From NCBI GenBank assembly GCA_012800315.1, contig JAAZJO010000015.1, positions 1-55,420 on the forward strand: a stretch of 55,420 nucleotides of DNA, given 5' to 3'. Shown piece after piece: positions 10,074-19,620 of the stretch (positions are counted from its first letter, which is position 1; every line of letters starts with the position of its first letter). Both the position numbers and the translations under genes were made by a program. The stretch is from Candidatus Falkowbacteria bacterium. GTDB lineage: Bacteria > Patescibacteriota > Patescibacteriia > Patescibacteriales > UBA12465. The notes under the pieces are model-generated. The model saw only the letters and a list, made by a program, of their open reading frames with translations, was not told where the DNA came from and did no database searches.

Positions 10074-10394
10074 ATGTTTCAACAACTTTTAGCTATTATC
10101 ATTATTGCTTTTTTCTTAATTCGTCTTTTTGAACAAAAAAAGAAAAAACAGATCTCAGCCAATGAATTTTTAGTCTGGTTAATTTTTTGGTTAAGCGCTT
10201 TAATCGCTATTATTTTCTTAAAGCAAATTGACATCTTAGTGGCTAAACTTGGTTTCTCCGGTACTGGTATTAATGTTTTAGTTTATTTAGCTCTGCTCGC
10301 TTTAATATTTTTAGTTTTTCGCATGCGTTTAACGATTGCTAAAATGGAAAAAAATATCAGTGAATTAAACCAAGCCTTAACCCTGAAAAAATAA
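10074..10394 (+). CDS. DUF2304 family membrane protein
   Basis: 106 aa, 3 TM, W..FW, C-terminal coiled segment; follows a DPM-like GT2 as is typical for this family. Confidence 0.8.
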   Translation: MFQQLLAIIIIAFFLIRLFEQKKKKQISANEFLVWLIFWLSALIAIIFLKQIDILVAKLGFSGTGINVLVYLALLALIFLVFRMRLTIAKMEKNISELNQALTLKK

Positions 10395-10397
10395 ACT

Positions 10398-11525
10398 ATG
10401 AAAATTGCTTCAATTGTTTGCACCTTCCCTCCTTATGCTGGCGGTATTGGCAACAGCGCTTTTAGAATCAATGAATTGCTTAAAGATAAAAATGAAATAA
10501 CTGTTTTTACTCCAGCAACCACAAAACCCTGGTTTCGCTATGGCTTAGGGGCTTTTATGCCACAACTTTTTTGGAAATTAAATAAATTTGATTATATTTA
10601 TCTTCATTATCCTTTTTTTGGCACGGCTGAAGTTGTTTGGTTTTTTAAACTCTTTTTCAAAAAACCAAAACTCATTCTCCATTATCACATGGATGTCAGG
10701 GGTTTGCGCCCTCTGGCCCGCCTACTTAGCTGGCCTAGTCGCTTGATTCGTCGCTCCCTCTTAAATCAAGCCGAAACTATTATCACGGCCAGTCTAGATT
10801 ATATTAAAAAAAGCCAAATTAAAAATTATTATGCCGCTCAGCCAGAAAAATTTAAAGAAATTCCCTTTGGCGTTGATCTAGAAAAATTTCAACCTAAAAT
10901 AATTAACCAAAAAATTAACGATCAGGCAATTAGCAAGGCCCAAAAAATTGTCCATTACGTAAACGATAAGTTTATTAAAAAACATCGGGTAAATGTTTTG
11001 TTTGTGGGCGGACTAGATTCAGCTCATTATTTTAAGGGGGTGGAAGTTTTGCTCAATGCCCTGTTTTTATCCACTAACCGTAATTGGCGCTTAAGGATTG
11101 TCGGGGAGGGAAACTTGCGCACCCATTACGAAGAAATTGCTCAGCATTTAAAAATTAATAATCAAGTTGAATTTGTCGGCAACTTAAGTGAAGCTGATTT
11201 AATTCGCACTTTTCAAGAAGCTGATTTATTTGTACTTCCCTCAATTAACAGCAATGAAGCTTTTGGTCTAGTTCTAATTGAAGCCCTAGCTTGCGGTGTA
11301 CCTGTTATCGCTTCAGACTTGCCCGGTGTTCGCCGAGTGTTTGAGGATAATAAACAAGGATTATTAGTTGAAGCAGGCAATGTTAATGATTTAACAAAAA
11401 AATTAGAATTAATTTTTAATGATGAAAAACGCCGAAAAAATATGGCTTTAGCAGCGCGCCAATTAGCTGAACAAAAATATGATTTAAAAAAAATAAAAAT
11501 TCATTTAGAATCTTTATTTATTTAA
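10398..11525 (+). CDS. GT4 glycosyltransferase
   Basis: FPPYAGG, LFVG.L....KG, EAFGLVLIEALACGVPVI. Confidence 0.92.
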   Translation: MKIASIVCTFPPYAGGIGNSAFRINELLKDKNEITVFTPATTKPWFRYGLGAFMPQLFWKLNKFDYIYLHYPFFGTAEVVWFFKLFFKKPKLILHYHMDVRGLRPLARLLSWPSRLIRRSLLNQAETIITASLDYIKKSQIKNYYAAQPEKFKEIPFGVDLEKFQPKIINQKINDQAISKAQKIVHYVNDKFIKKHRVNVLFVGGLDSAHYFKGVEVLLNALFLSTNRNWRLRIVGEGNLRTHYEEIAQHLKINNQVEFVGNLSEADLIRTFQEADLFVLPSINSNEAFGLVLIEALACGVPVIASDLPGVRRVFEDNKQGLLVEAGNVNDLTKKLELIFNDEKRRKNMALAARQLAEQKYDLKKIKIHLESLFI

Positions 11526-11537
11526 AAATTTTAGAAA

Positions 11538-12650
11538 ATGAAAATAGTCTTAGTTAACAATCTCTATTACCCCTATAATCGTGGCGGGGCCGAAACAGTC
11601 GTTAAAAAAATGATTAGTGATCTCCAAGCACAAAATCATGAAGTTGTTTTATTGACTTTATGTCCGAAAAAAAAGAATCTAACTAAAAACTTAGAAATAG
11701 AAATTGAAAATGCTTTAAAAATATATCGCCTACCCTCCAATTATTCACGTTTAGCCGAATTTTCTCTTGGCAGAAAATTAGCTTGGCATATTGGCAATCT
11801 TTTTTCTTGTAAAAAAACTAATCTTCTTAAAAAAATATTAATCAACGAAAAACCAGACGTGGTTATTACTCATAATCTCATGGGGATTACTTTCTCTTTG
11901 CCACTAGCTATTAGAAAGCTTAATATTCGCCACGAACATTATCTACACGATATTCAACTTCTTCACCCCTCTGGCCTCATGATGCTTGGTCAAGAAAAAG
12001 AAATTGACAATTTAAGTGCTAAAATCTATCAATTTTTCACTCGTCACTTTTTTAATTCGCCAGCTAAAATTATTTCACCTTCCAGTTGGCTACTTAAAGA
12101 GCATAAGCAACGAGGTTTTTTTAAAAACTCTCTTGAGGAAATAAAAAGATTCAAAGTAGCTGAAGAAAAAAATGAACAAGAATTACTAGACAAAGAATTA
12201 TCAACTAACGACTTAAAAAACAATCAACAAAATAGCACCAAGAAAAATTTCTTATTCGTTGGGCAAATTGAAGCTCATAAAGGAATTATTTTTTTAATTG
12301 AATCTTTTAAAAAGGCGCAGCAAAAAAAGCCGGATATTTTTTTAACAATTGCTGGTGACGGTAGCTTATTAGCTAAAGCAAAAGAAATAGCAGGTCAAAA
12401 TAAGCAAATAAAGTTTTGTGGTTGCTTAGATAGCTCTGCCATAGAATCATTAATGAAGGCTAGTGATTGTTTAATTGTCCCTTCTCTATGTTACGAAAAT
12501 TCACCCACCACTATTTATGAGGCGCAAGCTATCGGTTTACCAGTAATAGCCGCTAATATCGGTGGTATTCCGGAAATAGTTGGGCCAAGAGATAAACTCT
12601 TCATACCTGGAGATGAAGCTAATTTAATTGAAAATATTTTAACTGAATAG
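11538..12650 (+). CDS. GT4 glycosyltransferase
   Basis: RGGAE, FVGQ...HKG, YENSPTTIYEA...GLPVI..NIGGIPE. Confidence 0.9.
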   Translation: MKIVLVNNLYYPYNRGGAETVVKKMISDLQAQNHEVVLLTLCPKKKNLTKNLEIEIENALKIYRLPSNYSRLAEFSLGRKLAWHIGNLFSCKKTNLLKKILINEKPDVVITHNLMGITFSLPLAIRKLNIRHEHYLHDIQLLHPSGLMMLGQEKEIDNLSAKIYQFFTRHFFNSPAKIISPSSWLLKEHKQRGFFKNSLEEIKRFKVAEEKNEQELLDKELSTNDLKNNQQNSTKKNFLFVGQIEAHKGIIFLIESFKKAQQKKPDIFLTIAGDGSLLAKAKEIAGQNKQIKFCGCLDSSAIESLMKASDCLIVPSLCYENSPTTIYEAQAIGLPVIAANIGGIPEIVGPRDKLFIPGDEANLIENILTE

Positions 12651-12656
12651 CTAAAA

Positions 12657-12678
12657 TTGACTAAATAAACTTAGTCAA
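12657..12678. terminator. Inverted repeat between convergent genes, putative terminator
   Basis: TTGACTAA-ATAAAC-TTAGTCAA; AT-rich, weak stem. Confidence 0.4.
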
Positions 12679-12692
12679 AAATCAAGCTTATA

Positions 12693-13715
12693 TTAAGCAC
12701 GAAATTCGTGTAATTTTTTATGAGCGCGAATATCAAAAATTGTTTTCTTTAAACCATTTTCCAAAGTCACTACCGGCATCCAACCCAATTCCTCTTTCGC
12801 TTGATGAATATCAGGCAAGGCCAATTCGGAAACAAAAAGCGGACTACCAACATAGCGGATTGTTGATTGTGAATTAGTTTGCTTAATAATAATATTAATC
12901 AAATCGGCTAATTTGATATCAACATCTGAACCAATATTAATCGGCCCGGGAAGATCCGTTGCCATAATTTTAGCCACCGCGTCTAAAACATCTTCAACAT
13001 AACAAAAAGAAGAAGAAAAACCTTCATCTCCTGGAATAATTATTTCTTTATTTTCTAAAGCGCTATTAATAAAATCAGGAATCATCTGGTCATCGTTAGA
13101 TTGCATACGGGGACCATAGATTCTAAACAAACGAATTATTTTCGCATCAATATTATAAATAGAGCGATAATTTTTAACGATAGTTTCCGCAAATCTCTTC
13201 CCTTCATCATAAGAACCTCTCTCTGATAAGTGATTAACTTTGCCTAAATCACTTTCTTTTAATTTTATTTCTGGGTGCCTAAGATCTCGTGGTCCATAAA
13301 CTACTGATGAAGAAAATTGTAAAAATTTACACTTATACTTCACTGCTAAATCAAGTAAATTTTTAACAACATAGGAATTCGCTTGAATATTGGCTAAGCG
13401 ATTATTTAAAAAATTACGCGGCGACATCGGGCAAGCCAAATTATAAATTTCCTGAATACCCTGAAATTCAATCTTAAACTTGCCTAACTCTGGTATTTTT
13501 TCCAAATCTAGCGGTTCACTTAAATCGTGATTAATAAAAACAAAATCTGGATTAGCTAATAAATGATCAATGTTTTTCTGGTGGCCAGTTAAAAAATTAT
13601 CAATACAAATGACTTTGCAAGTTTTAATTAGCTCATTACAAAGATGAAAGCCAATAAAGCCGGCTCCTCCGGCAATAATAACATTTTTCTTATCAAAAAT
13701 AATTTGTTTAGACAT
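12693..13715 (-). CDS. UDP-glucuronate decarboxylase (UXS)-like NAD-dependent SDR
   Basis: GGAGFIG, IDNFLTG, NLACPMSP, YDEGKR, YGPRM, LGW.P. Confidence 0.85.
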   Translation of the reverse strand: MSKQIIFDKKNVIIAGGAGFIGFHLCNELIKTCKVICIDNFLTGHQKNIDHLLANPDFVFINHDLSEPLDLEKIPELGKFKIEFQGIQEIYNLACPMSPRNFLNNRLANIQANSYVVKNLLDLAVKYKCKFLQFSSSVVYGPRDLRHPEIKLKESDLGKVNHLSERGSYDEGKRFAETIVKNYRSIYNIDAKIIRLFRIYGPRMQSNDDQMIPDFINSALENKEIIIPGDEGFSSSFCYVEDVLDAVAKIMATDLPGPINIGSDVDIKLADLINIIIKQTNSQSTIRYVGSPLFVSELALPDIHQAKEELGWMPVVTLENGLKKTIFDIRAHKKLHEFRA

Positions 13716-13719
13716 ATAA

Positions 13720-15750
13720 TTAATTACTCAATTTAATTATACCAAGATTAATGCCACCACTCCAATCTGCCTCCCAAGCATAAAAAGATTCTTGCAGTAC
13801 TCCCTGATTATCAAAAATTCTAATATGTGGGGCGCCTCCCGGATTAGCTCCTAAGGCAATTTCATTAATTCCATCATTGTTAACATCACCAGTGCTTAAA
13901 TTAGCTCCCCCTAACCAATTTTTCCCATAGGCAGTAAATTTATTTTTAAGCTGACCAAAGTTATTAAAAATTTTTACTTCTGCCTCTCGCCCTTTAGCTG
14001 GAACAGTGATTATCTCTGCCTGATCCCGATTTCCTCGGCCATCAATATTAGCTACCGCCACATTTACCCCACCACGAAATTTTTTCTCATAAGCTAAAAA
14101 AACACTAATCAATTTCCCATTTTTATCAAAAATTCTAATTTGTGGTTCTTGTCCTTCGCCAAAAGCAAGTACAATTTTATTCTCGCCCTTGCCTTCTACA
14201 TTACCAGCAGCAATACTCCAAGAACCAGCTATCCTTTTATCAACCGCTAAAAATTGACTTTGTATCTTGCCGTTATAATCAAAAATGCGCACTTGGGCTG
14301 TACTGCGTGATGCCGGCACAGAAACTATTTCTAATTGTTCATTATTATCAAAATTAGCTAAAGCAATCTTCACTCCCCCACGAAAATTTTTCTCATAGGC
14401 TAAAAATTTCTTTAATAACTTTCCCTCGGCATCAAAAACAGAAATATATGGCTCATCGCCCGCTGGAGCACCAACCACTATTTCATCAAAGTTATCACCA
14501 TTCACATCACCAATCGCAATACTAGAATTCGCTTTAATCTTATTATTTTGACTAAATGGACTTTTAACTAAATCTCCGTTAACTGCTGTTAGTTTCACTT
14601 CCTGATTGCCAGAAACTGGAAAAATAATCAAACGACCAAGTTTGCTATATAAATTTTCTTTAGCTAATTCAATCGCCCGATCAAGATTTAAACGACCATT
14701 ACCTAGCCGTCCGGCATAATTCGGATTAAGACGACTAATGTTTTCTGTTGAGGCAAAAAGAATATTAACAATTTCACGACGATTCAATTCTGGATTAGCC
14801 TGAGCAATTAAAGCTAATGAAGCAGAAACTAATGGCGCCGCCAATGATGTTCCCGACCAAAAACCATCATAGTATTTATTCTGATCAAAGCGATCACTGC
14901 CTGGAGTAACAGTACCAAAAAAACTTATTCCCGGAGCTGTAATATCAACACAACGAGAACCATAACTAGAAAAAGAGGCTTTTTGATCAAGTGCATCTGT
15001 TGCAGCCACACCAATCACCATATTTTCTCCAAAATTTCCATCATAACAAGCTGGATAAATTGGTGTTTTATCAATATCATAACCCTCTCCCGTAGCCTGC
15101 TCATTACCAGCGGCCGCGACAATTATAACGCCTGCCCGATGCGCCCGAGCAATAGCTTCTTGCATCGCTTCACTATAATTAAAATTTACAAAACTCAGAT
15201 TAATAATACTAGCTCCATTATTCGTAGCATAATCAATTGCCCGAATAACATCGCTAATCTTTCCCTCCCCTTTATCATTCAAAACTTTTAGTGGCATAAT
15301 CTTTGTTTTCCAAACCACACCAGCAATACCCTCATGGTTATTGCCTTGAGCCGCAATTATCCCAGCCACCATTGTGCCATGCGAAACCCCTGCTTCAGTC
15401 CAGCCACTAGAAAATTTTGGTGATGGGTCTGGTGTATTCAAAACAAAATCCCAACCATGAACATCATCAGCAAAACCGTTATTATCATCATCTTTATTAT
15501 TACCCGGTATTTCACGACTATTACGCCAAATATTATTTTTTAAATCCGGATGATTAATATCAATCCCCGAATCTATAACTGCAATAACAATATCCGGGCT
15601 TTCAGAAATTTTCTCCCAAGCATTATTAGCGTTAATTTTAGCTAAATACCATTGATTACGATAATATGGATCATTGGGAATAATACCGGCTAGAGCCGGC
15701 TTAGCTAAAATGAAAAAAAATATAAAAAAAGATGTTATTAATTTCTTCAT
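13720..15750 (-). CDS. Secreted S8 subtilase with C-terminal FG-GAP-like repeats
   Basis: Signal peptide ending PALA; triad IDSG, HGT.VAG, GTSLAAP; AAAGN; about 5 repeats of F.AY..F.GGV.A.G.....EI....P.VRIF. Confidence 0.92.
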   Translation of the reverse strand: MKKLITSFFIFFFILAKPALAGIIPNDPYYRNQWYLAKINANNAWEKISESPDIVIAVIDSGIDINHPDLKNNIWRNSREIPGNNKDDDNNGFADDVHGWDFVLNTPDPSPKFSSGWTEAGVSHGTMVAGIIAAQGNNHEGIAGVVWKTKIMPLKVLNDKGEGKISDVIRAIDYATNNGASIINLSFVNFNYSEAMQEAIARAHRAGVIIVAAAGNEQATGEGYDIDKTPIYPACYDGNFGENMVIGVAATDALDQKASFSSYGSRCVDITAPGISFFGTVTPGSDRFDQNKYYDGFWSGTSLAAPLVSASLALIAQANPELNRREIVNILFASTENISRLNPNYAGRLGNGRLNLDRAIELAKENLYSKLGRLIIFPVSGNQEVKLTAVNGDLVKSPFSQNNKIKANSSIAIGDVNGDNFDEIVVGAPAGDEPYISVFDAEGKLLKKFLAYEKNFRGGVKIALANFDNNEQLEIVSVPASRSTAQVRIFDYNGKIQSQFLAVDKRIAGSWSIAAGNVEGKGENKIVLAFGEGQEPQIRIFDKNGKLISVFLAYEKKFRGGVNVAVANIDGRGNRDQAEIITVPAKGREAEVKIFNNFGQLKNKFTAYGKNWLGGANLSTGDVNNDGINEIALGANPGGAPHIRIFDNQGVLQESFYAWEADWSGGINLGIIKLSN

Positions 15751-15761
15751 ATAACATCCTT

Positions 15762-15770
15762 ATCATAGCA
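15762..15770 (-). promoter_or_regulatory. Extended -10 element of the S8 protease gene
   Basis: TGcTATGAT, 11 bp upstream of the ATG. Confidence 0.45.
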
Positions 15771-15801
15771 CATTTATTTATTTTTTTGTAGAGATTTTTT
15801 A

Positions 15802-17013
15802 TTAGAGTTTTTCAATAACTTGCAAGGTTTCTGCCGCACATTTATGCCAGCTAAAATTCTGCACTCGCTGCAAACCCTTTTCTCTTAATTCAGCCCGCAG
15901 TTTTTCATCCTTAACTACTTTAGTCATCGCGGCCGCAATAGATTGCTTATCTTCTTGATCAAAATATAAAACGCTATCACCAGCAATTTCTCTTAAAACA
16001 TCTAAATTAGAAACAACTGTTGGCAAACCGCAGGCCAGTGATTCTAAAACCGGGATGCCAAAGCCCTCATGCTTTGAAGGAAAAATAAAAGCACTAGCTG
16101 CGTTATAAATATAGGGCAAATCTTTTTCCTCCACCCAACCCGGAATACAAACCTCTTGGTTAAGGTTAAATCCGGTGATTGTATACTTAACTTCATCAAA
16201 ACCAAAACTAGCATTGCCAATCAACACTAATTTTTCTTTAATTTCCGGATTGTTTTCCCTAACGATTGACAAGGCTTCAATAAGCGCTGGCGTATTTTTT
16301 TTCTTCTCCAGGCGGCCAACATAAAGGAAAAAAGGCTTAGTAATCCCATATTTATTTAAAATTTCAGTTATTTTTTGCTCATCATTAATAGGATGAAATA
16401 ACTCTTGATTATAACCATTATGAACAACCGTTATTTTATCTAATTTCGTTTCTGGATAAAGATTTAGAATCTCATTTTTAGTAAACTCTGAAACCGTAAT
16501 TATCTTTTTTGCATGCTTAAGAGCAAAGGCAGTTGACCAATAAAGATAATCAACTGATTCGGAAGAATATTTTCCTAAAGTAAAAAGTTTAACTAAAAAA
16601 TTTATTAAGTGTCTAGCCAAAGCACTTTTTGTTTTTACCTTTTCTGAAAAATAAAGATTCTGTTCACGAATAAAAGCCACATCATGAATTGTGTTTATTG
16701 ATTTACGTGGACTAAATAAGGGCAAGGTATGCGCCGGCACAAATAAAACATCTGGCCGACAAAAAATCATTTCCAAAGACAGACGCCCTAAAGTCCAAAA
16801 AGCGTTAAATGGCCATTTTAAATATTTAAAAACAAAGTTAGGATTATCTTTAACGGCGGCCACTAATTCAGGCGATGGTGGTGCATTTAAATATAGCCAA
16901 TATTTATTAGTTTTATCAATAATAGCCAGATTTTTTATTAGGAAAAAAGAATACCATTCGGTACCAGTTTTTAATTTTCGGTTGGCGCGTGAAGCATCAA
17001 TTCCAATAATCAT
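15802..17013 (-). CDS. GT4 glycosyltransferase (mannosyltransferase-like)
   Basis: IGIDASR, TGTEWY, TIHD, YVGRLE.KKN, EGFGIPVLE. Confidence 0.92.
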   Translation of the reverse strand: MIIGIDASRANRKLKTGTEWYSFFLIKNLAIIDKTNKYWLYLNAPPSPELVAAVKDNPNFVFKYLKWPFNAFWTLGRLSLEMIFCRPDVLFVPAHTLPLFSPRKSINTIHDVAFIREQNLYFSEKVKTKSALARHLINFLVKLFTLGKYSSESVDYLYWSTAFALKHAKKIITVSEFTKNEILNLYPETKLDKITVVHNGYNQELFHPINDEQKITEILNKYGITKPFFLYVGRLEKKKNTPALIEALSIVRENNPEIKEKLVLIGNASFGFDEVKYTITGFNLNQEVCIPGWVEEKDLPYIYNAASAFIFPSKHEGFGIPVLESLACGLPTVVSNLDVLREIAGDSVLYFDQEDKQSIAAAMTKVVKDEKLRAELREKGLQRVQNFSWHKCAAETLQVIEKL

Positions 17014-17030
17014 ATTTTCTTATTCTTTTT

Positions 17031-17065
17031 AAAAAAACCAACTTACTTTTTCAAGAAGTTGGTTT
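17031..17065 (-). terminator. Rho-independent terminator after the standalone mreB
   Basis: AAACCAACTT (17035-17044) pairs with AAGTTGGTTT (17056-17065); ends in a T7 run on the minus strand. Confidence 0.7.
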
Positions 17066-18071
17066 ATTTAGTCGCTAAAATACTGCGCTTATATGAATCT
17101 AAATTATCCAAAGCAATTCCCGTTCCTCTAGCAACGCAAAGCATGGCGTCATCGGCAATATAAGCTGGCACCCCAGTCGTACGAGAAATTAATTGATCAA
17201 TATTGCGAAGTAAAGCGCTGCCACCAGTTAAAACTATTCCCTTGTCCATAATATCAGCTGATAATTCTGGGGGAGTTTTTTGTAAAACTTTTTTAGCCGC
17301 TGCAATAATTGCCTCTAACTCATTTTGGATAGCCTCAGTCACATCATCACTAGAGACATTAATGCTGCGAGGCAAACCAGTAACAATATCACGTCCACGA
17401 ATTTCCATGTGCAGTTTATCTTCCATATATAGAGCTGAACCAATATTTATTTTTATTTCTTCAGCCGTTCTTTCACCAATAGCTAAATTATATTTCTTAC
17501 GCACATATTCTAAAATAGCCGCATCAAATTTATTGCCACCTACTCGCACAGAAGTTGAAGCAACAACGCCACCTAAAGAAATAACGGCCATTTCTGCTGT
17601 TCCACCACCAACATCAACCACCATGTGGCCAGTTGCTGAACCAATCGGAATATCCGCTCCAATAGCGGCGGCTACTGGCTCTTTAATAATATAAGTAGCC
17701 TTGGCTCCAGCAGCAATCGTCGCCTCAATTACCGCCCGCCGTTCAGTTGAGGAAATTCCAGCGGGCACAGAAACCATAACTTCCGGGCGAAAAAAACGAA
17801 TACCGCCCAAAGTTTTATTAATAAAATAACGAATCATTGCTTCCGTTGCCCGATAATCAGCGATTGCTCCATCTTTAAGAGGACAAACCGCCATAATCGT
17901 ATCTGGGGTACGGCCAATCATATCCTTAGCTTCGTTGCCAACCGCTAAAATCTTCTTATCCGTAATTGAAACAGCCACCACGCTTGGTTCATTAATAACA
18001 ATGCCACGCTTTGGCAGATAAACTAAAGTATAAGTTGTTCCGAGATCAATCCCGATTTTCTTAATAAACAT
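17064..18071 (-). CDS. mreB: MreB/Mbl actin homologue, standalone copy
   Basis: IGIDLGT, EPSVVA, EPVAAAIGA, DVGGGT, TPPEL..DI, LTGGSALL. Confidence 0.95.
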   Translation of the reverse strand: MFIKKIGIDLGTTYTLVYLPKRGIVINEPSVVAVSITDKKILAVGNEAKDMIGRTPDTIMAVCPLKDGAIADYRATEAMIRYFINKTLGGIRFFRPEVMVSVPAGISSTERRAVIEATIAAGAKATYIIKEPVAAAIGADIPIGSATGHMVVDVGGGTAEMAVISLGGVVASTSVRVGGNKFDAAILEYVRKKYNLAIGERTAEEIKINIGSALYMEDKLHMEIRGRDIVTGLPRSINVSSDDVTEAIQNELEAIIAAAKKVLQKTPPELSADIMDKGIVLTGGSALLRNIDQLISRTTGVPAYIADDAMLCVARGTGIALDNLDSYKRSILATK

Positions 18072-18091
18072 AATAAAAACTTAACTAACTT

Positions 18092-18120
18092 ATATTAGTA
18101 TTTTTAGATCTTTTAGTCAA
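18092..18120 (-). promoter_or_regulatory. Sigma70 promoter of the standalone mreB
   Basis: TTGACT (18120-18115), 17 bp, TAATAT (18097-18092). Confidence 0.5.
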
Positions 18121-18126
18121 ATTAGC

Positions 18127-18558
18127 TTATTCTTCATAATCACGATCTTCATTTTCATCTATGCCGTCTCTGCCCTCTTTTTTAGTGATAATATTAATCA
18201 CTTTTTCAGCAAATTCAAAAGTATCAAACTCTTCTTTAAAGAAAACATAGTCCGCGCCTAACTCTAAAGAGCGACTACGACTATCCTCATCACTTAAATC
18301 AGTGAAAATAAAAATTTCTTTTTCATTTAACTCATGATCACTCTTAATTCTTTTAACCACCTCAAAGCCATCTATCTTCGGCAAAATTAAATCTAAGACA
18401 ATATGATCTGGATCATATTCCTTAATATTAGAAATTAATTCATCAATTTCCTCATCCGCTTCACTCACTTCTACCTCTAAACCAGCCATTTGAAATTGTG
18501 ACTCTAGCCCATATAATATATTGGCGTCATCTGCAACGATAAATATTTTTTGAGACAT
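18127..18558 (-). CDS. Single-domain response regulator (receiver)
   Basis: ADD acidic pocket, VLDLILPKIDG, FT, GADY..K; acidic tail; no output domain. Confidence 0.9.
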   Translation of the reverse strand: MSQKIFIVADDANILYGLESQFQMAGLEVEVSEADEEIDELISNIKEYDPDHIVLDLILPKIDGFEVVKRIKSDHELNEKEIFIFTDLSDEDSRSRSLELGADYVFFKEEFDTFEFAEKVINIITKKEGRDGIDENEDRDYEE

Positions 18559-18587
18559 AAATTTTATTTTTTATAATTAATTTTATA

Positions 18588-19556
18588 TTAATTTTGTTTT
18601 AATGGTTTCCACCAAGCAAAATTATTTTTATACCACTCCACCGTCGCCGCCAAACCAGTTGCAAAATCTATTTGTGGCTCCCAGCCTAATTCATTTTTAG
18701 CCTTAGTATAATCAATCGCATAACGTAAATCATGACCCAAGCGATCTGTAACATGTTCAATCATTTCCTCTCCCTGATCCATTAACTGTAAAATTAATTT
18801 AGTAATTTCTAAATTAGTCTTTTCATTATTAGCACCTAAACAATAAGTTTCACCAATCCGCCCTTTTCTGATAATAAAATCTACTCCCCGATTATGGTCA
18901 TCAACATGAATCCAATCACGAATATTTTTTCCAGCACCATAAACTGGCAGCTTCTTCCCCTCAATCAAATTAGTAATAAAAAGCGGAATTAGTTTTTCTG
19001 GATATTGATATGGTCCATAATTATTAGAGCAATTAGAAATCGTAACTGGTAAACCATAGGTGTGAAAATAAGCACGCACTAAATGGTCAGAGCCTGCCTT
19101 AGAGGCGCTATAAGGTGAGCGAGGACAATACGGATTTTCTTCATTGAATTTCGGGCTATCCATTTCTAAGGAACCATAAACCTCATCAGTAGAAACATGG
19201 TGAAAACGAATATGCCCATTATTTTTAGCGGCCTCTAATAAAACCCGGGTGCCCTCAATATTAGTTTTAATAAAAGCTCCACTATCTTTAATTGAACGAT
19301 CAACATGGCTTTCGGCCGCAAAATGAACAATCACATCCACTCCCTTAACTACTTCATTTACTAATTTTTCATCAGTAATATCACCTTGCACAAATTGATA
19401 ATGCTGATTATTTTCTAAATCACGTAAATTTTCTAAATTACCAGCATAAGTTAAAACATCAAGATTGATAATAAAATCTTCTGGATAATTTTTTAACCAG
19501 TAATGAATAAAATTTGAACCAATAAAACCGGCGCCACCGGTAACTAACAACTTCAT
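18588..19556 (-). CDS. rfbB: dTDP-glucose 4,6-dehydratase
   Basis: TGGAGFIGSN, FAAESHVDRS, STDEVYG, YSASK, NNYGPYQ.PEK, DRLGHD.RY. Confidence 0.96.
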   Translation of the reverse strand: MKLLVTGGAGFIGSNFIHYWLKNYPEDFIINLDVLTYAGNLENLRDLENNQHYQFVQGDITDEKLVNEVVKGVDVIVHFAAESHVDRSIKDSGAFIKTNIEGTRVLLEAAKNNGHIRFHHVSTDEVYGSLEMDSPKFNEENPYCPRSPYSASKAGSDHLVRAYFHTYGLPVTISNCSNNYGPYQYPEKLIPLFITNLIEGKKLPVYGAGKNIRDWIHVDDHNRGVDFIIRKGRIGETYCLGANNEKTNLEITKLILQLMDQGEEMIEHVTDRLGHDLRYAIDYTKAKNELGWEPQIDFATGLAATVEWYKNNFAWWKPLKQN

Positions 19557-19591
19557 AATTAAACTGTTAATTTTTTAATAACTGCTCCTGT

Positions 19592-19620
19592 AGTATAAAG
19601 ATGATATTAATCTTAGTCAA
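19592..19620 (-). promoter_or_regulatory. Sigma70 promoter of rfbB, with -35 inside the end of rfbC
   Basis: TTGACT (19620-19615), 17 bp, TATACT (19597-19592). Confidence 0.55.
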
